From Psammoneis japonica (taxonomy: Eukaryota), in the NCBI GenBank assembly GCA_008632985.1, contig QPGO01000032.1, positions 121,330 through 185,329 on the forward strand: a stretch of 64,000 nt of DNA, given 5' to 3'. This document shows, one piece after another, positions 47,718 to 62,849 of the stretch. A program made the position numbers and the translations under genes. Every line of letters starts with the position of its first letter. Positions within the stretch are counted from its first letter, which is position 1. The notes beneath the pieces were generated by a model. That model was not told the origin of the DNA, made no database searches, and worked only from the letters and a program-made list of their open reading frames with translations.

Positions 47718-50700
47718 CTTTATTGTCTTCTTGGTCACTCACACTCACCATGTTAGTTTTGACAAGAAAGTGAGAAAAACGAACAAGAGTGAAAAGTGAA
47801 AAGTGGCGATGCGTATCGCTGGTTTTACGGGTGAACGGTTACAATATTGACATTTAAGACACTTAAGCGAATAATATAATATATATTTAAATTTACTTAT
47901 GAATAAAATAATTGTTTTGGCGAAATGTGTGTGAATGTCATGCCGGCTTGAAATTTTTCAAATTTATGTATCGACCCATTTTCACAAATCTACAATGATA
48001 AAGGATATCAATACTGTTAACAGCCAAATATTTGAATTGCACATACCCGAAAGCATGGAACGGCCGGCGTGGGATCGCACACGGCAAGTACAGTACAGTA
48101 GGGCCCTACCGTAGGCAGTAGAATGCCGGCACATCTGGTTGTGTGTGCTGTCTGCATGTCAGAGCCTCTCCGAGAAAGAACAAAGGGTCCTCCAGAGGCG
48201 CTGCTGCCATTGGCAATTACATTTGGGAGCAATGGTGGGATCTGTGGGATTCCCAGCACAATGACACAGCACATGGTCATGACTCTGAAACTTCTTTCAA
48301 CAACACCAATGCTGTCATTTGCTGCTGCACAGGAAAACACGTGTTGCCCTGTTTCAAGGCAATTGGCCAGTTTTGCCATGTGAAAAAGTGCTGGGTTTTG
48401 CAGCTGGCTGCTGTGCCCCGAGGCACCCCACGTTCATTTTTGTTCTCTGTTGTGATCAAACTGCATTGTTTTTCTTGGGGTGGATGGCCAGTCAGCATGT
48501 CCATTGGTGGCAAACTCAGTTTCCATCTGCACAAACAGATGCAAGCGCAAAGGGCGGGGGAAAGTGCTGCAAAATGAACCACCTGAGTGTGGCCTTTTGG
48601 ATGACAAGCTCTCAACATGAGGTGGGCAAGGTGCACTCAGACCTGGTCTTCCCAATGACTTGTCTCTCAGATTTGTCACATTCTTTGTTTGCTGTGCTTT
48701 TTCATGGTGTCACATTGGGACAACTGCTCCCAGCACCTGTCAAAGGCACACCACATCAGAGACCCGCAGAAGGGGCCATGAGTCACAGGTCATCAAACCC
48801 CACCATCTCATGTTGTGTGCACATCTGCAAACATTTGTTTGCCCCCCTCATAATTGAAATCAACATTCACTTGTTGTTGGGGATGCAACACATTTGTTCA
48901 TTTTCACCAATCGGATTGTTCCATGTCGCACTTGTTGCTCCCTGATGAGTGTGATCTAATGCGAACTCATTGACTTGAGTGTCAACACCCATTTTGTTCC
49001 AACTGAAAGATGCTTTTTTTTCAGCAATGTTTTGACCTTTTTCAGCTTCCCCTCCAAAATTTGTGCCATTTGTCAGACCAATCGTGTGCATGGCATTTCT
49101 CTCCCTTCTGCTTGTGATCTGTGGATCCAATCCCCTGTGCTTTTGGTGAATCAGTGCAGAATTGTGGAAGTGCTGTGACAAGCAGTCCACAGGATTCCAC
49201 ATGCACTGTTTGTGCCCCTGTTGCCCATGGCAGTTTGCCTCTTCCACAATTGCAATCATGCCCTGCCTCAAAATCATGCCCAAGCAAAAGCAATGTCTCT
49301 CTTCTTGCCCTGATTTATTTGGGGACAATGCCAAATGCGAAACTGGCTTCACCGCTTGCTTTGTCACGTCTCCGGACCATGACGGTTTGTTGCTTGATGT
49401 TTTGTTGCCCCCAGCTGTGGCAACAAGCCCCTCTGATGGCATCTTTGATGCCAGTGACTCTCCAGCTGCCTTTGCAAATTTGACCAAGGAGGATTGGAAG
49501 GAAGCTTTTGATCAAGAAGACAGCAAATCTGCGTTGGGTGAGATGGCATCAGTGTCCTCTGGGAAGGATGACAAGACAGCCGGCAGCATTCCAGACATGA
49601 ATGTCAGCTCAGACAACGAATCCAATGGCAGTGACTCCACCAGCTTGGGCCATTCTCATGCCAGGATTCTGTCTGCTTTTGGAGACCTTGATGGTCATGC
49701 AAGTGACCTTTCTTTTTTTGACAAAAACAACAGTGATGAAGACAATTCTTTTGATGGAAGCAATGGTTCTGTGCTGCATGACCAAGCCAAAGCATGCACC
49801 AATGGTGTCGGCAGCGGCCACATGACCAAGTCACAGCTCTGACCGAGGCTGCGAAAGCACTCGTTGACATCCAAAACGATGCTGGTGCATCCAGCAAAAA
49901 GAGAAAGATTGTCAGGAAACTAAAGCATTTCACAGCAGCAAAGCCAAAGGACACAGACAGAAATGCAGGACCAAGGAAGCACAAGACACTGAGGAAGAGC
50001 AAAGGGTGGTCACCAAAGGCCAACAAGTTCTTTGTTGACATGGTCATGGAGATCAAAGAAGATGTTGCAAGTGGACACCTCAGGTGGTGGGAAGAGCTCT
50101 AAAGAGCCATTGCAACCAAGCAAAATCAACGGGTGGCAGAAGAAGCACAAGAAGGCTCCAATGATGAAGACAAACACCAGGTCAACTGTGCGGAAACATG
50201 CAAACTGGAGTTGGTGGCAGTTCAGTTGAGATTGACTCAGCAGCAATGACTCACACATGCACTTGTTGACACAATCAATTGCAGCAGCAACATGCAACAA
50301 ACAGATGGGCCACTGGGACAATGGAAGTGATTGTTTGCACATGCAAGTCAACCAATTGAGTTTGACAGCAAATGTTGAAAACCAATCCAAACACTGCATT
50401 TGGTTGTCACCTGGTCAGCGACAACAAGCTGAGTGAAATCCTGCAAAGAAACCTTGTTTGGCATTGCAACTGATTGAGTTGCAGCTTTCTCATTAGGATT
50501 GACCACAGTTTGTTGATGTGATCAGACACTGATTAGTTTGCATGGACATTTGTTTGTTTGTCAATCACACCCATTTGTGGCAAACAGGTCTGATTCATGT
50601 TAAATGGCAATGATTCATCACAAACAAATCATTTGTGTTCCAACACTCACACATGCCATCTGCAACATTGTCCTTTGGTCTGACCACAAGACAATTCATG

Positions 50701-53700
50701 AAAACAGAGCTCTGATGCACTGTGATGCCATTGCACACAAAAGATCCAGGCATTGCAAGAGTGAAAAAAGAGAGAGCCATTTCCATGGGTGGAGGACACC
50801 AGCCAACAAAAGCCCTCCAGACAAGAAGTGACAAGAGTGTGAGGTCATGGGGCAGGCATGCAAAGAAGAGGGTGCAAAAACAAAGCACAAAAGAAGCTGG
50901 ACACACCAGCTGCCTTTCCGTGATCCACTCATCAGAAGAAATGCAGCAGCAGCACTGGAGAGGAGGATCAAGCTGTCAGAGATTAAGAATTGGCATTGAT
51001 GGAACAATTTGTTTTTGTTGCAAAACTTGATGCGCTCTGCCTCCTGCTGTCATTTTTGTGCCTGTCGCTCATGAGAAACAACTGCACTGTCAGCACACAC
51101 ACACACTCCTCAGCAATGCAAACAATGGTGTCAGCTGAGAAAACAAAAATGGAGAAGGGGTGCTGTCACAAAAGTCAGCAAATGTGCTGCTTCTTGTTGC
51201 TGCTGCATCCAATTGGATGGTGAGGTGGTCAACAGAAAACAAGAAATGCAAGAAGAACATGATCATCAAATCCAGCACTTTGGCTTCTTGTTGTTGTCAT
51301 TTGACAATGCTCTCACCTTTGCCAACATGAAGCCATCAACATGCCTGAGCAGCTCTGCAAAGACTGGCAACTTGCAACTTTGGCAGTCTGCTTGATTGTT
51401 TTGCTTTTCCCTTCACAAACATTCACTCCTCTCATGAATTCTCAAGGATCAACAAGAGACCCAATGCCCCATCTCTTGCACAGCAAAACCATTGTTGTGG
51501 AGCTCCTGCTTTTTTGGGAGCCTCTTCCACCAGACATTCTTTCCAACCATGGCTGGCAAGAAGCAGTGTCCAAAGCACGTGTGTCTTCATGTTCTCTGAC
51601 CCTTGCAGTGTCATGCATGGGGGTGTGGCATTTTCACTGTGTTGGCTTGTCTCCTCTGCATTGGCTTTGTTGCCAATTTGCAATTTTCTGCAACCCATGT
51701 GAAGATGAAGTCAATGCAATGAACAAGAGTGGTGTGGCTGTTTGCTGCAACCACAACAATGAAGTGTGCTCACTGCTGAAGAAATGTTTTCTTTCATTTC
51801 TCTGGCAACATGGTCAAGCTTGGTCTGTTCTCTGATTGCCTGCATGACCAGCGGCCATTGCACTCAAGTGTGGCACAGCTCATTTGTGCCTGCCACACCC
51901 AGACATCCATCATGGCATTTTGGCATTCCTTCATTGATGAACTTGAGCCTCAAAGCAGGTCAGTTTGATGCATTTTTCTAACATGGCATTGTCTCTGTTG
52001 CTTGTCCTTGTCTTGCAACAATGCTTTCACTTGCTGTTCCTGCTGCAGCCCACACTCAAATGCAAAGAGTTGTCAGTGTCATCATTGTTCTGTGTGCTGT
52101 TGCTCCAAGGTGGAGGATGATGCCCTCAAAAAGAACTGGGTTTGTGCAGTCCGCACCGCGGATGAGCAGGAGGGCTTCTTCAAGCTTGCCACCAGCTGCA
52201 AAGGGGAGTGGGTGCTCCAAAAGGTTGCTGAGTCACAGTCAACTCCCCACAGCATGGGTGCACCATCACTGCAGCCTTGACACAAGCATTTGTGGCATGA
52301 CCAGGAGATGGAGCTCATTGATGTCACAGCACCCTCTGTGAGAACTTCTGTGTGTGGCAAAACTTTCTCTCTCTGTTGTTGCATCATGGAAATCATTTGT
52401 GCCAGTGTTGGCTTTTCAATCCACTTCAACAGACATGCAATCATGTCATGTCAACCATGCACTCCATTGTGCCTGTCACAATGCAAAGATTTTGAATGCA
52501 CTGACTGGGGGTGGGGGGGGGGGGGGGCAGCACCCACCACCTCAACAGCTGCAGCACTCCATTTTCCAGAACAGCGCCAACAGTGCTTTCTGGATCCAGG
52601 AGCTCATCTGGCAGTTTGGACACAGTGCTTCTCTGCTTGTGCTCCCCTCAAGAGACAGAGGAGGAGCTGAGATGCACTTCATCTGTTTCTTTGCACTGTG
52701 TTAGATGGGGTCAGCAGCCGCCAGCAGCTGTGCCAGAATTTTGAAAACAAAACAATTTGCACGAATTGCAATGATGGCTGCAGTGGTCTCAACTGTGCAA
52801 AGACCAAGTTTGTGGTCAAGAACAAAGTGCTCCCCAGCTTTCCTCTGGCTGTTCACAATGAATTTGAGGAAAAAGATGTTCCCAAATTTGTCCTTTGGTG
52901 CCAAGCAGAGAGCACCTGTTTTAGTGTGCATGAGCCACACACATTTGTTGTGGCTCACATGTCATGCTGCCCTGCCACTCAGCAGCTCTTCACTTGGACA
53001 GCACCAAGCCTGTTTTCTTGTGCACCTTGGTGCTGAGGCTGTCATGATGCAGTGCTGTGCCATGCATTTGGACCCTCCTGATGTCATTGCTGTGGGGAGC
53101 CACCACATGACATTGCCAAAGCACCCCAGCTCCAACTCATCATGGCAGTGCTGCACTGTGCTGCAAGTGTTGGCAAGCATCACCTTGATCTGTGAGCACA
53201 CAGTCAGGTCATTCTCCTTTAGAAACAACAAATCAAAGCTGAGGTCAGCTCTTCCTTCTCATGGTCTGCTTCTCCTGGCACCCAAGACTGCACCTTGGGC
53301 ACCAAAGTTGATTTGCAGATTGCAGAACTTGCAGAACTTCTTTTCAACCTCACCACCATCGCCATGTGCCAAGATGTCATCCCACAGCTCATTCAATCAG
53401 GGCCATGTTCAAGAACAAAATGGTTGATGGTTGACACAATGCAAAAGGAAAAATGAGACTGCTCCACCATGCCTTTGACTGCAAGCTGGAGGCTGCAAGC
53501 CCAGCAAATTGCAACCACTCTTCCAAAAGGTGCATGACCTCATCTCAGGAAATGCAGTCAGAACAACTCAACAACCCCAGTCAAATCCCATCTTCCTGCA
53601 CATCCCTTGTCACCCAAAGGATCCGCCATCAAGTGAACTGCAGCAGCTGTGGAAAGGCACAAGGGCCAACCCCTCCCTGCTCACAACCCCTCTCAAAACT

Positions 53701-53856
53701 TCAAAATCTTGCTCGACAACCCATCGGCCTTGACCACATGATTGTCTGTTGCAGCCACTTGCATGACCTTGGAAATCTTCTTTCCTGCTGCAAACTTTGC
53801 ACCTCTCATGGCCCCCCAGTTTCATCCTGCTGGGTTGCAAATGGGGTGGCCCCTGA

Positions 53857-53894
53857 GAGAGAGAGAGAGAGAGAGGCAGAGAGAGACAGAGAGA
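53857..53894 (+). repeat. (GA)n microsatellite
   Basis: GAGAGAGAGAGAGAGAGAGGCAGAGAGAGACAGAGAGA. Confidence 0.9.
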
Positions 53895-56800
53895 TGGCAA
53901 TTGAGTTCAAATCATCTCAATCAACTTGTCCATCCTCCTTCAGATTTTTCAATGCAACAACTTCAACCATGTGTGAACAACAGCAACCAACAGCTGATGA
54001 AGCCACCATGAAAGTCTTGTTCTCCTGACTTCAGCCAACAACATTGTTGTGCCTGCCATTGGCTGAAACAGTTGGACAAATGTGTTGCAAATGTGAGCAC
54101 ACAATCACAGTGGACAACAAAGGGATGAGGCATGGCAGCCTCAAAAGAGCAGAGCTTCTGGTGCAGATCATCAATGAGGCAGCAATCTGCCACTGCCAGA
54201 GACCTTGTTGTTGTCAATGCTCTTTTCCTTTCATGTCATGTTGACAAAACAAAGTGCTTTTTGGTGGCCCTGGATCTGCACAATGTTTTTGAACCTGGAC
54301 TTGTTGGTGTTGCAACACAACTGCTTGAAGGAGAGCAGAGCTCTTGCTCAACAAGGCTTGAGTGCTTCCACGCCACATGCCTTTCTTCTTGTTGAGCAGT
54401 TGGACAAAGTCCTTTGTGCTGTCAAAGTTTTAATCAAGGGGCTTCTTTGCCAACTTTTTAGACTTTTTTCCCTTTCTGGTGTTGAACAAAGTCAACAGAT
54501 TGTTGAATGTGACCACAAACTGTCTCAATTTTCTGCAGCTGCTAAATGCTGCAGCCCTGCATGCAGCACACACATTTCAAAGACTCTGCAATGGAAACAA
54601 CAATGATGCTCTGGGCTTGTGCACAAAAAAGTCAACCTTGGATGTGAAGTTCACTTCTTTTTTCACAAAGCTTTCTGAGTTGTGCCAAGCATCTCAGGCA
54701 GCGTGGATGTTCTTGCCAAGTCCAGAAAGATTGGAGAACAACTCTGGTGTGCAAGCTTCTGTGGTGGCTGCTGTCAGGAAGGCACTTGCAGAGCCAACTT
54801 TGGCTCTTGATGCACAGACAAAGCAGCTGTGGCAGCCCAGCAACATTGCCAGCATGTTGGCTGCAGCTGCAACCTCTCCTTCCTAAAAAATGAAAGGCAC
54901 AGCACTGTTCCAGTCATGTGGTGATGGATGTGCCACCAGGCCAGAAAATCAGGGGATGGCAGCTGTTTTTTTGTGCACAAAACCCTCTGACAAAAATCTG
55001 TTGACAAACATCTCAGTTTTGTCATCTCTGGCAGAAGAGCTGCAAATGGGTCAGATTGAAAGAAACGGAAAGACAAATTGATGAAAGCAAGAGAAAGTTT
55101 TCTCTTGCAAAAGAGCTGCTTCCCAATGTCAGCTGCCCCCACTGACAGCCCCTGCATGTGTTTCCACATGCTCTCTCAAGAGCTGATGTTGCCCTTTTCA
55201 GATGGCACCCAGCTGGGTCCCCCGACACCCTTTTGGCCACTTCTGTCATTGGCACGCCCCTCTTTCAGCATGATGCACAACAATTTTTAGTGGAAAATGA
55301 CTGGGGTTGATGCCTCATGGCTTGCATGCTTGTTGTCTTGTCAGGTGATTTTTTGCAGATTCAATGCATTTTGTTCTACACAGGATCTGGTGCAGATTCG
55401 TGCACTTCAGAAATGCCCACCAACAACCACAATGTCTTTGATGCAAACATCTTCCATCCACACCTGCCAGCCCACAACAATTTCTTTTTCTCCCACTGGC
55501 TGCTCATGTCCTTCACCTCATGTCACAGTGAAAGTTCTGCCCCCCACTGTGGCACTTGCGCATGTTCATTTGGACAAACCATCAGCATCACTTGACAACC
55601 ACCCATTTGCTGCACAGATTGGCACTTCTGTACAAGATTCAGCATCAACTCCATGTGAGAACAATGTTTCTTTCAACGTCCTTCTTGTCATGTCATCAAG
55701 ACTCCCCATTTCACACATGCAAGTCCTGAACACCCCCTCTTCTCCCCACTGGCACCCACCAACCACCAACCTTGCTTCTCTGTGAGCAGTGAATAGATTG
55801 TTTTTGTTCTCTGGCACGCACAAATGTGAAACCCAGTCAGTCTTTGTTGAACACATGACTCATCCTTGGAAGCAAGGTTTTTCTTTCAGAGTTTGCACTG
55901 ACTTTGTGTCCTCTTCTTCAGCTGGGGTGCTTTGCATCCTCTCCAAAGGAAAGCTTCCATGCAATTGCTTCTCAGCCAGTTGTCTCCATTGGGCACCTTT
56001 GTCCAGAGGCTGATCACATGAACTTCTGCTGCACCCCCCCCCTTGCAGGGTGCACCGGAAGTGTGGGTTGGCTGGTGCTGGTGTTGCTGGAGAAAGGTGT
56101 GATGGCACTTTAAAGTGGTTTTGTTCTTGCAAAAGAGATGCACACTTGCCACAAAGTTTTCCCTTGTCCCCTTGTCATTGTCACCTGGGGCGCTGCTGTC
56201 CTTGCCATCATCATCATCATCAATGCCACCTTTGCCACCCACCTCCTTGTGCTGGGAAAGGAGGCAGTGACAGCAGTTGCCACATTGCAGCACCTTTCAT
56301 CACACCATGATGTGTGGCAACCACCACTTTGGGATGTGTTGTTGGGCTTGCTTGTCACCCAAATCTTCTTCAGAGTTTTCATCAGCTGCTTTTGTTGCCA
56401 TCAAATGTGGCACCAATGCTGTCATTGGAGTCATTGTCCAGCTTGTCATCAGAGTCACTCTTGAGCAGTTTTGCAAAAGCACCCAAAAATGCCTGGCCTT
56501 TTGTGACATGTCATCTGAGCCATCATCACAATTGCTGTTGACATCACCAAATTTGTCTTTGTCTGCACTGCCATCTGAGTCACAATCAGAGCTGTTGTTT
56601 GGCCCTGATCCTCTGCTGCATCATCAGCTGCACATGGGGTTGCTCCATGAAGCCACTGTGGTTGGGGTTGACACCTGAGTGCAAGTGCAGAAACCTGCAT
56701 GGACAACACAGAAAAGCCTGAGTTGTTGCAAGGAGGAACCTGTGGTGTCCCTTCCTCTGATGCTGTTCATTGTGCTGCATCATGTCCTTGGACACCACAC

Positions 56801-56949
56801 AGCTTTGCATCATGCACATTTTTGTTTGGCAATGAGCTTGACAACCACTGAAGAAAAAGCAAGGGCCCAAGATTTAACCTCAAGTCACCAGGATGTCATT
56901 GTCAAAACCACCTGAAGTAGCCAGGATGTCCACTTCTCAACTTGTCAAA

Positions 56950-59900
56950 CCAGGTGATTTTGTCAAATGTGGCTAACCAACCACCTTTTGGGCATCATTT
57001 TGTTGGACTTTTTCTCTTTCAAAGGACCATCCCAAGCAGCAAAACACAGAGGCATCAGGTCCCAGCATTGGTCCTGAGCAGCAGCATTGGCTGACACTTT
57101 TGTTCTGAAATTGGCGCCACTCTGTTGTGTGGCCAACATGCTTTGATCAGCTGGGGCAGGGCCAGCATTGTGCATTCTGCAAATGCTTTGCAGCACATTG
57201 TGCCAGGGACCACATGCCCCACACTCTGCATCACAACAACATTGACAAATTGTGCTGCACATCCTCAAGGTCAGGGTCTGCTGTTGAGTGCACCTCTTTT
57301 GTTGTGTGATGGTGTCAGCTGTCATGATGCAGATGACAACCATCACTGTCAATGCACTCATCTGATGACATGTGTTTTGCTGCAAAAACTTTGCTCTTGT
57401 TCAAAGGGAGCAGGTGATCTGGGCTTGTCACGACAGAAAGTGTGATTGCTGCTGTGCCTTGTGGGTGTTCTTTCTGTTGCCAAAATTGCACTGGACATTG
57501 GTGTGGCAAAATGGAAAGACAGGACCACACAAACATGTCAATGTGCATGACAGATGAATGAGAAAACCAAATTTTCAAATGCAATTTGAAAAGTTTGCAA
57601 AAGATGTGGCGTGGCTGCAGAGCGGTCAAGTGCTCTGCATTGGTCTGCAAACAGAGCCAAATTTCAAAGATGCACCATGAAAGCAGTTGATTGCCAACAC
57701 AAAAGCTGCTGAATGGACTTGGTGCAAAAGTTCATTTGGTGGGGCATCAAGCAAGCTCCACCAACACACCAAAGAGAGTGGGGTGACCAGCACCTTTTGA
57801 CAGATTTCTTGTCCTTGACAGGATCAAGTCTGTGCACCTTGGCAGCCACTTTGCCACTTTGCACATTATGTCATTTTCAATGCCCTTGGAGGTGATGAGC
57901 TTGACAGCCTTGCAAGCAGGTTTGCACAAGGACAGCGGAGCAGCAGTGTCAGATGCACCATGATTGACCAAGTCAAGACCCCCCTGACAAAGATTCAAAG
58001 CAAAGAGCTTCTCTTTGCTGTGCTGGCCATTCTTCAAGATGCACCAGCACACCCACATCTTGGCAACAGACTCAACCAGGACATTCAAGATGTCAACACC
58101 GGCAAGGCATTGGCAATCCATGGACTCAATGCAGAAGTTGTTGAGGCACCATGCATGAGTGACTCCCTTTGAGCAAAGCATTGCATGCTTCACATTGGAA
58201 CAACCAGACATCTCTGTGCCCATTCTCAGAGATGGGAAACACAAAACAGGCACAAATTGTGCTGCTGTGTCAGAGTCAGTTTGGAGGCATTGACAGCCCA
58301 GGTGGTGTGATGCTGGGAAGACAGCACAAACAACAATGTGTGCTGTGACAGGGACCAGGAAGTGCACTGCAGATGAATTTTTGCAAGTTGAGAAGCTGCC
58401 AACTGTCAAATCTGCTGCAAGCACAACTGCACTGCTTGTGTTTGCTTGTGCTTTTCTTGGGTGCCATGGTGGTTTGTTGTGACTGCACATTTTTCAAAAC
58501 CAACCACTGATGAAATTTTGTTGCAGGGCTCTTTGTTTTGTGGCCAGACACAGCCAAACAGATTGTGAGAATGCATGCAAAGTTTGCTTTTCTCAGTGTG
58601 ACCTTGAGGACTCAATTTGGTGCCACCTCATGATGGATGTTCTGGGTGCGGTGCATGTTTGGGGTGCTTGCTCAATTTCTGATCCTTGCATCAACAACAC
58701 CAAGGAGTCAGAAATGATTGTTGGCAGGGGGAATTCAGGCAAAGAGGGATCAGGTTCCAACCATTTAAAGGACTGAGGAGGAAGGCCTGGATCACGTGCA
58801 GTGTTCTTGTGCATCAACCCCCAATGTTCAGTGTGGTGCAACACATGCTTTGCCATTTGCTTGAGAGAGGTGCAGTGAATCTCATTTTGTGGTTCTTGGA
58901 GAACTTCGATGAGGTCACAACAGGACAACCAACATCCAATCAACAACAAGTGTGCAAAAAAAGTTCACTCAGAACAGACCAATGGGAGAAACCCTGGGAA
59001 GCCACTGATGCATCATGTTCTGGGGTGCCTTCAAGGGGGGCTTCAGTGGCACACAGTTCTGCAATTCATTCAACCAGGATGGGTGTGTCCTTTAAGTCAC
59101 TGTCAGATTCACAAGCAGCAAGAGTGTCCAAGCCATGGGTGTCTCAAAAACACGGTCCAGGTGGCTTGAGCAGTTGATTGTGACAGAATTGTTGTTCTGC
59201 ATCACATCAATTCCATTGAACTCTGCAACCAGACCTGGGCACTTGAATGGAGGTGAATCTTCATTCTCCATTTGAAGTTCCTCACCAATGTGATCACAGA
59301 TTGCCTTGGCAATGTGCTCTGAAGGACAAACAAGGGCAAAATCATCAACTTGACAAAGCAACAGCATCCTGACACCATCACAAATGCCAGAGCAGATGCA
59401 CTTGTCATGGGTGATGGCATTGTGGAAGAGCAGTTTCACATCTGTGAGGATTAAATTGATGTGCTTCTCCCAAAGAACACCAGCTTCAGGATGACCTTGG
59501 AGGGCATGCTTGAGCAGAAGGCCAAAATGGCGGGGAGCCACATTGCCATGGTGCATTTCACACCATGTGGCATGTGCATCATTGGCGGCAACAAGGGCAG
59601 GTTTCAATGGACCTGGAGAGTGAGCGCAAGCAGCATTGCGAGCATTGCTGCCAAAAATCTGGCATGACAAAGCAGCAGCAAGAGCAAAGAACATCTTTTA
59701 AACCAACCAGTCCACACAAGAAGCATGTGCAGACATCAACTTGCTTGTGCAATGCTGGCAAGGCAGACTTGGAACCATTTCCACACTGCTGAGATCAACG
59801 CTGACCATCAGGTTTCACCGTGTGATCCCAATGTGGGCATGTGACAGTTGCACCAGGAGGTTGTGGCTGCAGAGGGGACCACACATGCTGGGTGCAAAGA

Positions 59901-62450
59901 ACTGGTCCAACTGGCAGTGCTTGTCTTCCTCCCATTCAGGCCAGGTGTCCAGTTTGCAAAGCTTGGAATGAGCAAGATGATCAAGAGCAGCTTCTTCAGG
60001 CGTGAGGGAGTGGGAGCCAATGACATTGAGATGTGAACAAAAATCATGACATCCACAGGAACAGATTGTTCCGCAAAGTCATCATCAGGGCAAAGAAGAG
60101 CCATTGAAGATTGCACATCCTCCAGGTTGAGTTCCAGGATGTGTGAGTTGTCTTCCATGGAACCAGGATCAAACAGCTCCACTTCCTCAAAAAAGCTTCA
60201 TTGAGAGTTTGCGAGTTCAAATGTCATTCCGGAGAAAAAGCAATTTCAAAAGAGGTGATCTTGTCACAAAAGATGTGAGCAAGTTCATCTTGGGAATCCT
60301 TTGGGGTAAAAACTTCAAGCTTGTTGACAGATGCAACACATGTGCCCATGAGCTTGTTGCAAGCAGCACACAGGAGAGAAAACAAGGAAGCTGCAGGACT
60401 GTGTTGCTTGATTTCAGAGATGCAGATGTGGTCCATCAATGCACACTGGGAGAAAGCAAAGCCACAGGTGGAATCTTTTGGAGGATTTTTCATGGCACAT
60501 GTGACAGTCTTGGCAAAAGGATTCAATGATGACATGAATGTGGGAACCATGATCTCCTGGGCATCAGCCAGAAGACATTGGCCATTTTCCATGCATTGCA
60601 AATGAGCAGCATTCTTTGGAGGGAGGTGATCCAATGGTGGCAAACCATTCATGTCATCATCATGGCAAACATGTTTTGCTGCGTTGACCTTGCTTGTCAG
60701 TTGCTGGATCCCACCGCAAAACATTCTTCAAGGTGTTGGGAAGACAACCAAGGAAGACACCTTTCTTGGAGTTTGTCTTGAATTGAGCAGGACAATCTGA
60801 TGGTCGCAATGCTCACAATCAGCACCCAAAAGTCTTCAGAGCAGTGAAGTCTTTAACCTTGCCAGCAGCAAAACAGTGGTTGGCAATGCACCCTGATCTT
60901 TCATGGGAGCAGAGCTCTTGATTTGCAGGCAATGACAAAAAGCACAGGACCAAAATCAAACCGGAAGGTTGGCGCCAATCAAAAAAGCACAAACTGCATT
61001 CTCAACAGTCAAATGTGAGCATTCAACAGGTGTCCACATTGATTGGACATTCCAGCGCCTGTGGGACACACGTCATGCTGGAATTTGTGTTGGAAGAGGT
61101 CAAGAACTTTTGGGTTCTTGTGCAATTCTCAACACTTGAGTGAAAACTTTGCCATGCTGGAGGACACCGTAGAAAAGAACTGCTGGGGTTGCATTGGCAG
61201 CAGTCATTGCAGTGTGCGTGCAGCAAGCACTGTCAGCATGTGTCTTCTGGAGGACTTCAGATGCAATGTCTTCTGATTTGAAACTGGAAGCCCGCGCAAA
61301 ATCATGTTCATCAATCAAGGTAGAATGTGGACTTGGGTGGCAAAAGGTGCACACAAGGAGAAACCTCTGCATTCTCTGCAAGCACTTGCAAGCAACCAAA
61401 GCCATTGGGCATCATGTCAGATCCTTCAGTTGCAGGTGACATCTTCAAGGGACCCAGGTTGTCAGGTCCAAAGGATTTGCAAGCATGGAGAAGGTTCTTG
61501 TGCCCTGTGCATGAGATCCAGGCACCTGCATCAATCTGTGCATGACATGTCACAGAGTTGCTGAGCACATGGTTGATGGGGAGAGCCAGACAAGCTGCAT
61601 CCACAGTTGGAAATTGGGTGGGAGGGTCTGGCAGTGAAAGGATGGGAGAAATGCAAGCAGCATTCAATGGTGACAAACATTGATGTGGGACATGTTCAAA
61701 GTCTTGGCGGGCATTGTCAGCCAGTCGGAGAGCCAGATCTGGTTGCAGCAGAGGACTCCTTGAGGAGAAATGTTGTTGCAAGCAAGGGGATCTTGTAGAA
61801 AGGATTTGGCATCCCATCCAGTGCAATGAACAAAAAAACCATCAGCAAGCACAAGACATTTAGCCCCATCTTCACAATGGAGGTTTCCAGACTTGCAAGG
61901 GGTCAGCAAGGTTCCCAAAATCAGCTTCCCATCTTCTTTGTGTTGGTGGCAAGCCAGCACATCCTCAGGCAATCCCTTTGGGTTGAAGGTGCAAAGTGCA
62001 AAGGACACTTGATGGAGCTGGGGTCATGGCAGAGGGTTTAGAAGGAGACACAGAATTCTTCAGTGCATTTGTTGCAGCTTGCTTGGATTCTTTTGGACCA
62101 GGCAGAGTGGTTGAGGCCTTGGCAAAGTCATTGGGAGTGAAACCTGCAGCAGAAGCTGGAAGAGGTGAAGAACTTGGGGCAGGAGAAGGTTCTGGATGTG
62201 GAGAGTCAGATGTGTCATTCCAACATTCATGAGATTGGAAACCAGGATGAACACAGAGATGGACAGTCCCAACACAGATTGTTGTGGCACCCTGATTGTC
62301 TGCAATTGTTTTGATCACAGCCTTCTGAAGATTGGTGTGGTTCATGCAAATTGGAGAACTTTGAGGACAGCTGCAAAGAGAGCAGCCTTGTCCACAAGCA
62401 CTGCAATCAATGTGCAATCTTCAGTCAGCACAGCTTTTGGGGTGATGAGA
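56950..62450 (-). mobile_element. Degenerate Ty1/copia LTR retrotransposon (CoDi-like) pol region
   Basis: A protease-like AQIDAGAWISCTG...LLH...GFGCLQV (about 61550-61380) lies upstream of RT motifs ALQGHPEAGVLWEKHI and LLCQVDDFAL (about 59500-59330), giving PR-(IN)-RT order. LTRs not recognised; limits approximate. Confidence 0.7.
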
Positions 62451-62849
62451 TCCTGAACGGTCTTGTGACAGAGAGCTGCAATGGCACTGCTCTTGAGGTT
62501 TGGAGGAGTGTGTCCATCCAGAAGATCTTTGGGAGCAGGTGTCTTGTCTGAACATGGCTGATTCAGGTGTCAATGGGCGTTGTGGGTGAGCAATGTTGTG
62601 GTGTGAACTCAACCTGTGTTGACTTGATCTTGGCTTTAAATCAATGGCAGTTGTGTTCTTGTTGACCATGGTTGTGCATTAAAAAATTAAATTCCTTTGC
62701 ACAGTGCTGGCATGTGTTCTGCAGTGGTTGTGATGATCACAAATTGAGAAAGAAAAATGGCTGTGACAAACATGATGATTTCAACAAAGAAACGCCACCA
62801 AATCACACAGCAGGCATTGAAATGTGGCCATGCTGAGGAAGACAAACAG

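Noticed and set aside
52810..52980. Possible HSF-type DNA-binding domain remnant (FPLAVH...VLW....FSVHEPHTFV)
   Set aside because: The resemblance is short and lies in saturated sequence; it needs an HMM search after back-mutation.
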